DNA from: Mobula hypostoma
Taxonomy: Eukaryota
Direction: 5' to 3'
Assembly: GCF_963921235.1 (NCBI RefSeq)
Contig: NC_086108.1
Coordinates: 35,094,001 to 35,158,000 of the forward strand
DNA length: 64,000 bases
Shown here: positions 24,341 to 37,015 of the stretch, piece after piece
Position numbering within the stretch: position 1 is the stretch's first letter
Layout: the number at the start of each line of letters is the position of its first letter
Position numbers and translations under genes: made by a program
The notes under the pieces: generated by a model
What the model was told of the DNA's origin: nothing
Databases searched by the model: none
What the model saw: only the letters and a program-made list of their open reading frames with translations

Positions 24341-27300
24341 GGGGGTGGACCTCGGGAGATGATGGCGTCTACTGGCAACTCCTTTGCTTGAATCTTTGAC
24401 AACAGCTCAATTTCTATCTTTAATGTCCCCATTTTTCCCTTTCAGGGTTCTTTTGAAGACCCTGACCTGGAGTTACACGCTGACTTCAGTTCTTTGCGGG
24501 AATGAGACTGGCTGTCGGGGTCTCACGACTCGGCACTATTCGATGTACCAAGGGCAAGGCCTGGAAGACGAGTGCGCCTTCAGGGTTCCGGGATTTTGTG
24601 GCTCTGGAGACAGGCGGACTTGAGATCGTGAATCTGGTTTGTCGAGGGAGACGGAAGATTGAAAGCAGCAAGCCGGCTGCTGGCTGTGGGCCCAGAGGCC
24701 TGAGTTCTTTGGGCACAGAGCTCGGAAAAAGTGACGCAACAGACTTTGAACATCATAAATCAGCGATTTGTTTGTTATAGAAAGATAGAAACATAGAAAA
24801 TAGGTGCAGGAGTAGGCCATTCGGCCCTTCGAGCCTGCACCGCCATTTATTATGATCATGGCTGATCATCCAACTCAGAACCCCGCCCCAGCCTTCCCTC
24901 CATATCCCCTGACCCCCGTAGCCACTAGGGCCATATCTAACTCCCTCTTAAACACAGCCAATGAACTGGCCTCAACTGTTTCCTGTGGCAGAGAATTCCA
25001 CAGATTCACCACTCTCTGTGCGAAGAAGTTTTTCCTAATCTCGGTCCTAAAAGGCTTCCCCTCTATCCTCAAACTGTGGCCCCTCGTTCTGGACTTCCCC
25101 AACATCGGGAACAATCTTCCTGCATCTAGCCTGTCCAATCCCATTAGGATTTTATACGTTTCAATCAGATCCCCCCTCAATCTTCTAAATTCCAATGAGT
25201 ACAAGCCCAGTTCATCCAGTCTTTCTTCATATGAAAGTCCTGCCATCCCAGGAATCAATCTGGTGAACCTTCTTTGTACTCCCTCTATGGCAAGGATGTC
25301 TTTCCTCAGATTAGGGGACCAAAACTGCACACAATACTCCAGGTGTGGTCTCAGCAAGGCCTTGTACAACTGCAGTAGTACCTCCCTGCTCCTGTACTCG
25401 AATCCTCTTGCTATAAATGCCAGCATACCAGTCACCTTTTTCACCGCCTGCTGTACCTGCATGACTGGTGTATAATGACACCCAGGTCTCGTTGCACCTC
25501 CCCTTTTCCTAATTACCACCATTCAGATAATAATCTGTTTTCCTATTTTTGCCACCAAAGCGGATAACTTCACATTTATCCACATTAAATTGCATCTGCC
25601 ATGAATGTGCCCACTCACCCAACCTATCCAAGTCACCCTGCATCCTCTTAGCATCCTCCTCACAGCTAACACTGCCACCCAGCTTCGTGTCATCCGCAAA
25701 CTTGGAGATGCTGCATTTAATTCCCTCATCCAAGTCATTAATATATATTGTAAACAACTGGGGTCCCAGCACTGAGCCTTGCGGTACCCCACTAGTCACT
25801 GCCTGCCATTCTGAAAAGGTCCCGTTTATTCCCACTCTTTGCTTCCTGTCTGCTAACCAATTCTCCACCCACACCAATACCTTACCCCCAATACCGTGTG
25901 CTTTAAGTTTGCACACTAATCTCCTGTGTGGGACCTTGTCAAAAGCCTTTTGAAAATCCAAATATACCACATCCACTGGTTCTCCCCTATCCACTCTATT
26001 AGTTACATCCTCAAAAAATTCTATGAGATTCGTCAGACATGATTTTCCTTTCACAAATCCATGCTGACTTTGTCCGATCATTTCACCGCTTTCCAAATGT
26101 GCTGTTATCACATCCTTGATAACTGACTCCAGCAGTTTCCCCACCACCGACGTTAGGCTAACCGGTCTATAATTCCCCGGTTTCATTCTCCCTCCTTTTT
26201 TAAAAAGTGGAGTTACATTAGCCACCCTCCAATCCTCAGGAACTAGTCCAGAATCTGATGAGTTTTGAAAAATTATCACTAATGCATCCACTATTTCTTG
26301 GGCTACTTCCTTAAGCACTCTAGGATGCAGACCATCTGGCTCTGGGGATTTATCTGCCTTCAATCCCTTCAATTTACCTAACACCACTTCCCTACTAACA
26401 TGTATTTCGCTCAGTTCCTCCATCTCACCGGACCCTCTGTCGCCTACTATTTCTGGAAGATTATTTATGTCCTCCTTAGTGAAGACAGAACCAAAGTAAT
26501 TATTCAATTGGTCTGCTATGTCCTTGCTCCCCATAATCAATTCACCTGTATCTGTCTGCAGGGGACCTACATTTGTCTTTACCAGTCTTTTCCTTTTTAC
26601 ATATCTATAAAAGCTTTTACAGTCAGTTTTTATGTTCCCTGCCAGTTTTCTCTCATAATCTTTTTTCCCCTTCCTAATTAAACCCTTTGTCCTCCTCTGC
26701 TGAACTCTGAATTTCTCCCAGTCCTCAGGTGAGCCACTTTCTCTGGCTAATTTGTATGCTTCTTCTTTGGAATTGATACTATCCCTAATTTCTCTTGTCA
26801 GCCACGGGTGCGCTACCTTCCTTGATTTATTCTTTTGCCAAACTGGGATGAACAATCGTTGTAGTTCATCCATGCAACCTTTAAATGCTTGCCATTGCAT
26901 ATCCACCGTCAATCCTTTAAGTGTCATTTGCCAGTCTATCTTAGCTAATGCACGTCTCATACCTTCAAAGTTACCCCTCTGTAAGTTCAGAACCTTTGTT
27001 TCTGAATTAACTATGTCACTCTCCATCTTAATGAAGAATTCCACCATATTATGGTCACTCTTACCCAAGGGGCCTCTCACGACAAGATCGCTGATTAACC
27101 CTTCCTCATTGCTCAAAACCCAGTCCAGAATAGCTAGTTGAACTCTAGTTGGTTCCTCGACATGTTGGTTCAAAAAACCATCCCACATACATTCCAAGAA
27201 ATCCTCTTACTCAGCACCTTTACCAATTTGGTTCACCCAATCTACATGTAGATTGGAGTCTCCCATTATAACTGCTGTTCCTTTATTGCACACATTTCTA

Positions 27301-27858
27301 ATTTCCTGTTTAATACCATCTCTGACCTCACTACTACTGTTAGGTGGCCTGTACACAACTCCCACCAGCGTCTTCTGCCCCTTAGTGTTACGCAGCTCTA
27401 CCCATATCGATTCCACATCTTCCCGGTTTATGTCCTTCCTTTCTATTGCGTTAATCTCTTCTTTAACCAGCAAAGCCACCCCCTTCTCGCTGTGAAATGG
27501 GGAAATCTCTTTTTCCCTTATTAGGGAGAGAGAGAGCGAGCCTGTGGTATGTTGAATTACCAGGTGAATGAGTAGTCTTTGCAGTACTGCAAGTCTGTGT
27601 CTTTATTGATACTCTGTTGCATGTTAGAGTGCTCAGGGGCGCTGATGCTTTTTTTGCTACTGGGGGAGGGGGGATCGTTGCTTTGCTGCTGCTTACACAT
27701 GGGAGGAGATCTTGTGGGGGGGGTTTTGGGGGTCTACCATTTAACTGTCATTCATTCTTTGGGGCACTCCTCTGTTTTCATGGAAGAAAAAGAATTTCAA
27801 GATGTATATTGTATACATTTCTCTGACAATAAATGTACCTTAGAAACCTTTGAAACCA
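24341..27858 (+). mobile_element. Non-autonomous retroposon with Rex-type tail, split by CR1 (parts 24341-24776 and 27484-27858)
   Basis: GC-rich non-coding body; ends gaatttcaagatgtatattgtatacatttctctgacaataaatgtacc...tttgaaacc, like the tail at 31405-31475. Confidence 0.6.
24777..27483 (-). mobile_element. Young CR1 LINE ORF2 (partial endonuclease + RT), frameshifted
   Basis: VGVVYRPP, SDHN, NYRPVSLTS, YLDFQKAFDKVPH, GVPQGSVLGP, FADD; three ORF pieces; (TTTCTATG) tail. Confidence 0.96.
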
Positions 27859-28179
27859 TTAAAACTGTCTATTTTAAGGCAAAGTGGTCATAGAGTTGCT
27901 ATGCTGAGGTAGTGTTTACAGCTGTGCAGGTTGTTTCAAGAGCTGTTTCATTGTAGAAAAGTAACTGTTCTTGATCCTGGTGATCAACAAACAACTCTTC
28001 AGTTTTAGAGTTTTCAGTGACATACTGAACCTCCTTAACCTCCTATGAAAGTAAAGGTGCTAGTAAACCATAACTTACCTCCCACCTTTAGAAGGGTGTA
28101 ATAGGCCAGAAGATTTTGATGATCCACCTTCATACACAATTTGTATTAATATACATGCTCAAGTTGAGTTAGAAAATAA

Positions 28180-29095
28180 AGCATTGAACACTACAGCACA
28201 ACACAAGTCCTTTGGCCTACAATGTTGTGCCAGTATTTTAACCTATTCTAAGATCAATCTAACCCTTCCCTTTTATATAGGTCTCCATTCTTCTATCATC
28301 AATATGCCTATCTAAGAGTTTCTTAAATGTCCCTGATGTATCTGTCTCTGTCACTACCCATGGCAGGGTGTGTCATGCACACACCACTCTCTGTATGAAA
28401 AAAAAACAACTTTTCTCTGACATATCCCCTATTCTTTCCTCCAAATATCTTAAAATTATGCCTCTTGTATTAGCCATTTTTGCCCTGGGCAAAACTCTCA
28501 GGATATCCACTGCCTCTATGCCTCTTATCATCCCGTACACCTCTATCAAGTCACCTCTCATACTCCTTTGCTCCAGAGAGAGAAGCCCTAGCTCGTTCAA
28601 CCTATCCTCATAAGACGTGCTCTCTAATCTAGGCAGCATCCTGGTAAATCTTCTCTACATCCTTTCTAAAGCTTCTGCATCCTTCCTACAAGGAGTTGAC
28701 CAGAACTGAACACAATACTCCAACTGTGGTCTAACCAGGGTTCTATTGAGCTGTAACATTACCTTGCAGTTCTTGAACTCAATCTCCTAATTAATGAAGG
28801 GGAAAACACTGTACATCTTCTTAACCACCCTACCAACTTGCATTGCAACTTTGATGGACCCTAAGATCCCTCCGTTCCTCCACACGGCTGAGAATCCTGC
28901 CATTGACCTTGTATCCTGCCTTCAATTTTGACCTTCTACAGTGAATCACTTCACACTTTTCTGGGTTGAACAATATCTTCCATTTCCGCCATTTCTCAGC
29001 CCAACTCTGCATCTTGTCAGTACCCTTTTGTAAGCCACAACTATCGTCTACACTATCCACATCCCCAGCAGCCTTCGTATCATCTGCAAACTTAG
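28180..29095 (-). mobile_element. Old CR1 LINE fragment
   Basis: FADD (tttgcagatgat on minus), FNPEKCEVIH, MRGDLIEVY. Confidence 0.85.
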
Positions 29096-29686
29096 TAGTT
29101 GGGAGCTTTTGTCCTTTTTTTGGAGGCAGCTAGAAGGTGAAGGCATTCCTATGCATCTGGTGGTCTTGTCCTTTTGTTTGGCAAAGGTCACAGGTTTGTG
29201 AGATGCTGCAAAAGAAGCCTTTGGTAGATCACGACAGAACAATGTGCAGCAGGTTCCATTTAGTGCCCTGGTCGCGCAGGGATTTGGTTCTTAAGAACAG
29301 TTAAAAAAGCAGGCATTAGTTCTGCCAGTTTTAGTTGCTCCTATTTGGGATTGCAGCTGGTTAATGTCATAATGCCTAAACTAACAGGGGTCCTTAAAAG
29401 GAGTGATTTCAAATATCAGACTCTTAGCCATTGAACTTCCTGGTAAGGTGACTGTAATAAAGCCTAAGATATGTTATTTCTAACACTGTCCACTTGGCTG
29501 CTTAGTTTGCATTAGACAAAAGACTAAATTACAGCATTTATAAGTCCCATGTAGCTTTGATGAACTAATAAAAAAAGCTCTTAAATGCTTTTTTCCTTGT
29601 GTAATTTAATAATACATTTTCTCTTAAAATCTAAGTAACATCTCTCGAGGATTGTCTGCTTTGTAGTTTCTAGCTTCATGACACTT

Positions 29687-29699
29687 GTTACCTAGCAAC
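29687..29699. promoter_or_regulatory. RFX X-box motif (candidate)
   Basis: GTTACC-T-AGCAAC fits GTTRCC(N0-3)RGYAAC; lies in unique sequence. Confidence 0.45.
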
Positions 29700-31069
29700 T
29701 GTCAAATAGCTTCCCAAACACAAAAAGCGCATTGTGTTTGACCAGCAAAGAGCAGGAATGGGTTTTTTTCTTCTAAATAAAATATTCAGTATAGATACCC
29801 TCTTATCAAAAATGTCCTTGGCCATTGCCTGACATTGGACTTGTACCATAATGGGATGAATCACAGCATTGCAACAGGTGAAAGAAGTCCTACAGGATGT
29901 GAAACATTCTCACTCTGTGGTAAATGGTGATACACAGCAAAAAGTGAATTAATTCCTGGAAGAAATGATTTCAGAGACTGAGTTTCATCTGGAACTGTGC
30001 ACCAGACCAAGTGTTTATCAACTTCATGTCAAATATAATTTTAAAACATTCAAAGCTGCAGGCATCCATCTACACTCCTGTTCTTCTTTATTAGTCCCAC
30101 ACCAACACTTGAGCTGGTTGCTTGTGACTAAGTTTGGTTTGATCTGTCCCAAGCAATGCATCTGCATGGCTTACCTGAGGAACTGAAAAGAATGAAGATA
30201 TGGACTAGAGTGATGAGTTTAAGCAGAGGAATGATCAAATGAGCCAAAAAATGTGATAATAATTGAGGAAAGTAGTCAACCTGTTGACTGATCCTGGTGA
30301 TAAAGTCTATTCTCTTAATTAAGTAGTTCCGTGAGGGGCCAGAGCTGGAAGAACAGAATGCCTGAGAGCCAAAAGTAAGAAAACAAACTTCCTCTGTTTA
30401 AAAGGTAGTTGGATCAGTTTGCCATTGGGAGGCAAACAAGATGTAGCATCTGATTGCTGGATATTCCGTCAGACCATACTTCCCCTATGTTTCTAAGCTT
30501 CAGAGCTGGAGTATCTGTTTGGAAAATAGTACATCTGGGCTTGAATGACAGACAGCAGAGTCATGGAGTTTTGTCAGATTATTTGGCAAGGCCAGCTGCA
30601 GAGATTTTGAGTGAGGAATGGAATGATGGAACACCAGCCTATGTGTAGAAAATCCAAATTCTTCTTTGTCCCATCTTTTATTCTTTTCCCACAAGGATAC
30701 TGCTTGCATTCCATCTTCACTTCTTTTAACCAGAAATATTTTGGTGAACTTGCTCTCGTCCAGGTGTTTATCTAAATTACTCGATGGGTTTGTGTTCATG
30801 TCCAAGTTGCACATGGCTAAGCAAATAACTTACTAACACAATAAAAGGATTAATGGGTTTTCCTTAATATTTGCTCAGATCAAGGTTACCACATCAACGG
30901 GCACAAACAATTCAAACTGCCCAATCATCCATGCATTCCAAGGGGTAGAAAAAGATTGAAAGCATGCATTAATCCTCCGGTTGGTGTCATTTATGAGTTT
31001 AGTGTTCAACCTGCAGTGGAATTAAAGATAGAGTTACTGTTTAACTGTGTATGTGAGAAAAGAATATGC

Positions 31070-31475
31070 TCTCTTCTTGCTGTTGCCATCAGGAAGAAAG
31101 TACAAGAGCCTCAAGACTCACACCACCAGGTTTAGGAACAGTTACAACCCCTCAACCATTAGGCTCTTGAACAGAAGTGAATAACTTCATTCAACATGAC
31201 TTCCCCAATCATTGAAATGTTCCCACAACCAATAGATTCACTCTCAAGGACTCTTCATCTTATGTTCCTGATATTCATTGCTATTTATTTATATTTGTAT
31301 TTGCACAGTTTGCTGTCTTCTGTACTCTGGTTGAACGCCCTAGTTGGGCAGTCTTTCATTTAATATTTACTATTCTATAGATTTGTTGAGTATGCCCACA
31401 AGGAAATGAATCTCAGGTTGTAGATGGTGGCATACAGTATATGTACTTTGATAATAATATTTACTTTGAACTTTA
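31070..31475 (+). mobile_element. Rex1/Babar 3' end
   Basis: LLPSGRKYKSLKTHTTRFRNS; tail ctttgataataatatttactttgaacttt. Confidence 0.8.
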
Positions 31476-32375
31476 AAACACATACCCTGCATTGTATAGT
31501 GCTCCATGGGTTTATTTCTCAGCTGACCAGTGCTTTACTCTTCATTAAAGACTTAACTCCTAACTTTCCAGATGTAGATCAAACCATGATCAAATAAGAA
31601 AAAAGAACTGTATGAACCCTATATCCTGTAGTTTCATTGCAAACCATAATGAAGAAAGTTGTTAATTAGTATACTTATTGATGTGCTAACTTGCCTTTAT
31701 CAAAGACAGACTGGTCTTTCCCCACCACTACTTCCTTATGCTTACAGACTGACCTCATTTCTGTTAACAGACTGCGTTTCCTACAGGGGGAAACTATAGG
31801 CTGTGTCAGCATCACTCAGAGCAGTTCCAATCAAGGTAAATTTTCCCTTTCATAACTTTATGTTGACTTTGCCCAATCATGGTATTTGTTTTCAGTAAGT
31901 GCTCTCTTGCTGCATCCTTAGTGGTAGATTCCAGTAAATCCCTATAACAGAGGAAATGTAATGATGAACAGGCTGATGGTAGAGTAGGAACATCAAAGCC
32001 AATTAGCACTAGGGAGTGGGATTCTGGGACAATCAATGCTTGGGCCTTGGGTGAAAATGCTAACTTAGCGGACAATTAATTACAGCAGAAACTGAAGAAA
32101 GTAGATTTGGGATGACTGTTTGAGAGTAAATCCACATCTGACATGTGGGAGCTTTTGTAATGCTAGTTAATCAGGATCAGCATGTATCAGAGAAAACGTA
32201 ACATAAGAATGGCAAAGGTTGAGAACCTTTGAATGACAAGAGATATTTTAAGTGTAGTCAAAAAGTAAAGGAGACATATGTAAAGTTTAAGAAGCTGAAA
32301 AGGATGAGTATCTTGAGGATTTGGAAGCAAAGAGGAAAAGAAAGGAATTGTAAGGGCTAAGCGGAGCCCTTCTTT

Positions 32376-32746
32376 GGGGTGGTGGGGCAGAAATACATCT
32401 CTACCAAAGGAGGTGTAAGGCACTCCTTCCCTCTGCTAGCCTGTAGATCACCCTTGGGCGAAGTATAGCACCTGCTTAGCGCCCCCCCCCTCAGGGTCAC
32501 ATGGAGCCATGGGAGTAGGTGGTGGATAGTCACTACGAGCAGCTGGTGTAAATCACTAATCACTGATGCCAGGCAGACAAATTCTGAGAGTATTGATAAT
32601 GGCTGGGGTCACCCATCTTGTAAAGACACTGCCCAGAAGAAGGAAATGGCAAACCACTTCTGTAGAAAAACTTGCCAAGAACAATCATGATCATGGATAG
32701 ACAACGATCGCCAATGTCATACGACATGGCACATAACAAACAAACG
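32376..32746 (+). mobile_element. Short non-autonomous RTE-derived repeat (BovA-like 3' part)
   Basis: agaaggaaatggcaaaccacttc motif; three copies in the window (also 38384-38700 -, 57665-58020 +). Confidence 0.75.
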
Positions 32747-33627
32747 AAAAATAGCCAGGATGTATCCTTGGAAAGTAGAATTTGGGAAAATATGAAGGCA
32801 TCTTATTTGGAGCAAAAAGGCAGCTAGGGATGAGATGGGTTTCCTTCAGAACAAAGGTGGGAATTTATGCATAGAGCCGAAGGATGTGTGTGTGTGATTC
32901 TTAGTACTTTGCATCAGTATTAACCAAGGAGGACATGATGATGGTGAGATTAGGGATGGGAATGGTGATATTTTAATGCATTCCGATATTAAGGAGGAGC
33001 ATGTGTTGTATGGATTATCTTTTAGATGTGTAAATCCTTAGATCCTGATTCTGAGAGAAGCAAAGGAAGAAATAGCTGGGATTTCGACAGGGAACTGTGT
33101 ATCCTCTTTAGCCGTGGGAAAGGTGCCAATGACTGGAGAATGTTGTTCCCTTCATTAAGAAGGTCAAAAGGGGGGGAAAATCCCAAAAATATATATATAG
33201 TTCAGCAAACCTTGTACAAGTGGAAGGGAAATAATTGAAGATCATTTTTAGGGACGTGATTCCACTTGCATTTGGAAAAGGATGGGCATCTTAGGAATAG
33301 TCAACATGGCTTTACTGATCATTAGGAATAGTCAGTATGGTCCTATTTCACAAATTTGGTGGAGTTTTTGATGAAGAGACAAAGATGATTGAGGATAGGG
33401 CAGTAGATGTTGTTTACATGGACTTCAAAAGGCATTTGACACACTTCCTTGTGGTAGTGTGATCCCTAAGATTAAGTCACATGTAATCTTTGATGAGTTG
33501 GTAAATTTAGTCTTAATATTGGTATTCATAGAGCATAGTTGCAGAGGGGACCAATGATGTTCTGAAAGGATCAGTACCAAGACCTCTGTTGTAGATAATA
33601 TTTGGATGAAAATGTAGGTGTTCTGAT

Positions 33628-33753
33628 CGATACACACAAAATGCTGGAAGAACTCAGCAGGTGAGGCAGCGTCTGTGATGCTGGCCTGCTGAGTTCCACC
33701 AGCATTTTGTGTGTATTACTTTGATTTCCAGCATCTGCAGATTTTGTCTTGTT
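33628..33753. mobile_element. Palindromic Penelope pLTR mini-insertion
   Basis: 32-bp inverted arms 33630-33661 and 33685-33716 (2 mismatches); diverged TSD ggtgttctgat/ggtgctctaat. Confidence 0.75.
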
Positions 33754-33799
33754 GGTGCTCTAATTAGTAACTTTGTGTGGAATCAAGAGTCACAGCAGC

Positions 33800-34040
33800 A
33801 AAATTCAGGGCAAAGTTGAGAAGTAATTTCTTCACCCAGGGGGTAATGATCTAACCAGAGGACTCTGGAGGTTTTGTTACTGAGAATATTCAACACAGAG
33901 TGGAATGAGCTTTTAGATATTAAGAATAGGTGATTAGGGTAGGAGAATGACACCAAAATAAAAGATCATCCTTGACTTTTTTTGCATGGCAGAATGAACA
34001 TGGGGGCTGAACGGCCTACTGCTATTTCTTCAGGTCTCAA
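33800..34040 (+). mobile_element. Old CR1 3' fragment
   Basis: gaagtaatttcttcacccaggggg; gaacggcctact 3'UTR motif. Confidence 0.6.
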
Positions 34041-34934
34041 TTTTTAAGGAAGATGGAAAAAGTAGAGAAGAATTTGGCGCATAGAATATACGTGAGGCCA
34101 CCACTTTAAGAAGAAAAATTGAAGAATCTGAGTAGTTGTTAAAAGTGGAGTATTTTAGTGTTATTAAGGAGCAAAGTTAAAATGCGGGCATAAATATTTA
34201 GGAAGCAAACTGAAATAGTAACCTTTATGCCGAAGGGTCACAGTACAATAAAGATGACTTACTGCCATGATAAAACCTGGGCTGAGAATGCATCTAGAAT
34301 ATTGTTTATAGTTTTGATCTCCAAACCTGTGCAAAGAAATTTATTCACACAGAGGGTAGTGAAGATTTGTCATTCTCTGCTCAAGGCGCTGGAGTTGCTG
34401 ACATACTCAGCACAGACATCGATAAATTTTGGGCATTAAAGGAATCATGCAGAGAAGTGGCGCTGAGGTGAAAGGTCAGCTAGGCTCACCTTGGGAACAG
34501 TGGAGAAAAGGATTGTCAGCTTGATTACTGTATGAAAAGCGAGCAACTAAACTGGGTTGATGTTCTCAAGAGTTTGAGGAGTGAATCTAATTAATCATAA
34601 AATTCAAAGTCATGTAACAGGGTGGATGTTGAGAGAATAATTTCCAAGACTGGAGAATCTAGAAACTCCAGAACAGTACGAATCTCAGTGGTTTTTAATG
34701 CAGCCCATCTTAATCCTCTGTATTATTTGATTTGAAGCCTTTTCAGTGAAGAGCCTGCCACAATGATAAACACTTCACACTTTGAAAGGAAAGGAGTGTT
34801 AATTTGCAGCTGTCCATTACTTCCATTTCGACAAAACTATATTCTCAAATAATGCTGCACCCTCCATCATTTTAATGAATGTATCCACCAGCAAACAGTA
34901 ATATATAACCATTAATTTGCCTCTGTTTAGGTGA

Positions 34935-35075
34935 CACAAAAGATTCTGCAGATGCTGGAAATCTTGAGCAACACACACAAAATACCAGAGGAACTCAGCA
35001 GGTCAGGCAGCATCTATGGGTCTGATGAAGGCTCTCAGGCTGAAACAGCTACTGTTTGGAGAGATGCTACTCACC
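34935..35075. mobile_element. Inverted Penelope pLTR pair with degenerate hammerhead
   Basis: attctgcagatgctggaaatc...ggaactcagcagg, then CTGATGA aggctctcaggct GAAAC. Confidence 0.7.
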
Positions 35076-35809
35076 AGCCCTCTTACATGCTCATGATGCT
35101 TGGGCACCCTACAGCAGGCACCTCAAGACACCGGAGAGAGGACCTCCAAACCTCCGCATTCTCTGGGAGAATAAACAGACCTCATTGGTGTCCCCTCTTA
35201 CACCATCATCCCAGCACTGAGCCCTTAGCAGGACTTGAGTGGCTTTGATGGACAGGCCCCTTTCTATATGCGACTGATACAGGACTCTTAAAAACAGAGG
35301 CTCTATTTTAAGCCCTGTCATGGGAAGAGAATATTAAAAAAACAGCGCAGGGGAAAATTATGGATGTTCTAAATTTGTCCTTGGGAATTCAGTCATAGAC
35401 TTCCAATAGACTTGGTGATGTATGATTGTATGAGTTTAAGCATCTTTCACCATGGAAGCCAGGACAGATGCGTACTCTCATTACTGCAGAGTTTGAGGGC
35501 GATGTAGGCACAATGGCAGTAGTATACCAGCAGCTTGGATGACCACTCAAAGAGGAGAAGGAGCATTTGCAATGACAATTCCAGCTGCACATTCAGATGG
35601 AGATGTAGCATAAAGATTTTTACTCCTCATGTATGTGAAGGATGTAAGAATTCAATTCAATCAGAATCCCAAACCCATGTACCAGATGCACATGCAACCC
35701 CAAATAAATTGTTGCACCACCCCAACAATCTAACTGTCAATCCCTGAGACACCTCTGGCCCAGTACCTGTGCACAAGGCTGTAGGCCTTGTCTGTTGCTT
35801 TGCATCCAA

Positions 35810-36200
35810 AGTATTATTGTCACATGTACTGAGAAGGTGAAAAGCCAGGTTCTGCATGACATTCATGCAAATCATTTCTTTGAGGTACTACAAGGGAAAA
35901 CCGTAAGTGAATGTGAAATATAGCACTACAATTACAGTGGAAGTTCAGTACAGGTAGGCAGTAAGCTGCAAGAGCCATGACAAGTTGGGCTGTAAGATCA
36001 TTTATCATACGACAGGTCTGCTCATTAGCCTCATAACAGCAGGATGGAAACCATCCTTCAGCCTCAGGGTTTAGTATCCCCTGCCCAATGGGAGGGGTAG
36101 AAGAGGGAATATCCAGAGCAGGCTGTTATATTGGCCACTTTGCCGAGGCAGTGGGAAGTACAGACAGGGTCCATGGAAAGGAGACGAGTTTTCCAAGCAG
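35810..36200 (-). mobile_element. Rex1/Babar-type 3' fragment
   Basis: tattattgtcacatgtactgag...gtgaaaagc, reverse of the 13810/14340 tail family. Confidence 0.6.
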
Positions 36201-36374
36201 AAAGGAAGCATCCCATCCTTTATCCCTGAAGGCTTCCTAAAAAGGAGTGGAAGAACCAAGTGTATTTCTCCGACATTCCAGTTGCTGTGCTAAAAACGTC
36301 ATGGCAGAGAACCAATGCACATAAGTTGGGTGAATTACGTGAACGTCAGTAGTTGTGATAAAGGAGTGCCACAG

Positions 36375-37015
36375 CAGGGAGTGCTGCCGTTGCCACTGCC
36401 CCTCTACGCGGACCCAGGTCCAATCCCGACTTCCAGTGTTATCCGGGCAGCGTTTGCACACCCCGTGGCACATTAGATGGCAACCTCGACATTTCTTCTA
36501 GCGTGCAAGGGGCCGGCCGGATTCGAACCCGGGACCACTCACCTCAATGTCCAGTGAGGATGCCAGCACACCACTGGCTGCCGAACCTTCTCCCTGTGAG
36601 CTTATCGATTTCTGCCATTGTTCTCTGGTTTTCTCTCATTTCCAAAGATTTACCCATGGCTTAACTAGCTGCTGTAAGATTCCTATTTAGTGCAGGTAAG
36701 AGGCAAAAGAATTAAAGGGGGATTTGTGGGCTTATGACAGAGAGTGCTACAGGGGAATAGGACTCCAGGAATTGTTCTGCAGGAGCTCACAAGGGCTTGG
36801 TGGTTTCTTTCCACATTATAACAAGCTGGCAAGAATGCACTGCCTGAAGTGTGCTAGATGCAGATTCAAAGGTGGCTTTCAAAACAAATTTAAAATATAT
36901 TCAAAGATTTTTTTAAAAATTCAGATCAACCATGGGGCCAGACTAAAGATGTTGAGCTACAAAGAGCTAGCAGAGACCTGATGGGCCAAATGGGCACCAT
37001 CCTTCCTGTAATAAT
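36375..37015 (+). mobile_element. V-SINE/HE1-like SINE, split by a tRNA SINE
   Basis: gacccaggtccaatcccgac...gtttgcac|..ttctccctgtgag...; CR1-like tail gatgggccaaatgg. Confidence 0.5.
36460..36582 (-). mobile_element. tRNA-derived SINE head (related to 9676-10011)
   Basis: Minus strand: tggtgtgctgg A-box-like and cccgggttcgaatcc B-box. Confidence 0.7.

Larger units (their letters stand above)
24190..27985 (-). mobile_element. Old Rex1-type 3' fragment split by a nested insertion (halves 24190-24340 and 27860-27985)
   Basis: Tail aagtttaatgtcatatgcac...ttacttgcagcaacatcac; continuation aagtaactgttcttgatcctggtg. Confidence 0.5.
32060..33780 (+). mobile_element. Old CR1 ORF2 remnant with nested elements
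   Basis: agtcaacatggcttt (SQHGF), gtttacatggacttcaaaaggcatttgac (VYMDF.KAFD, frameshifted). Confidence 0.7.
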
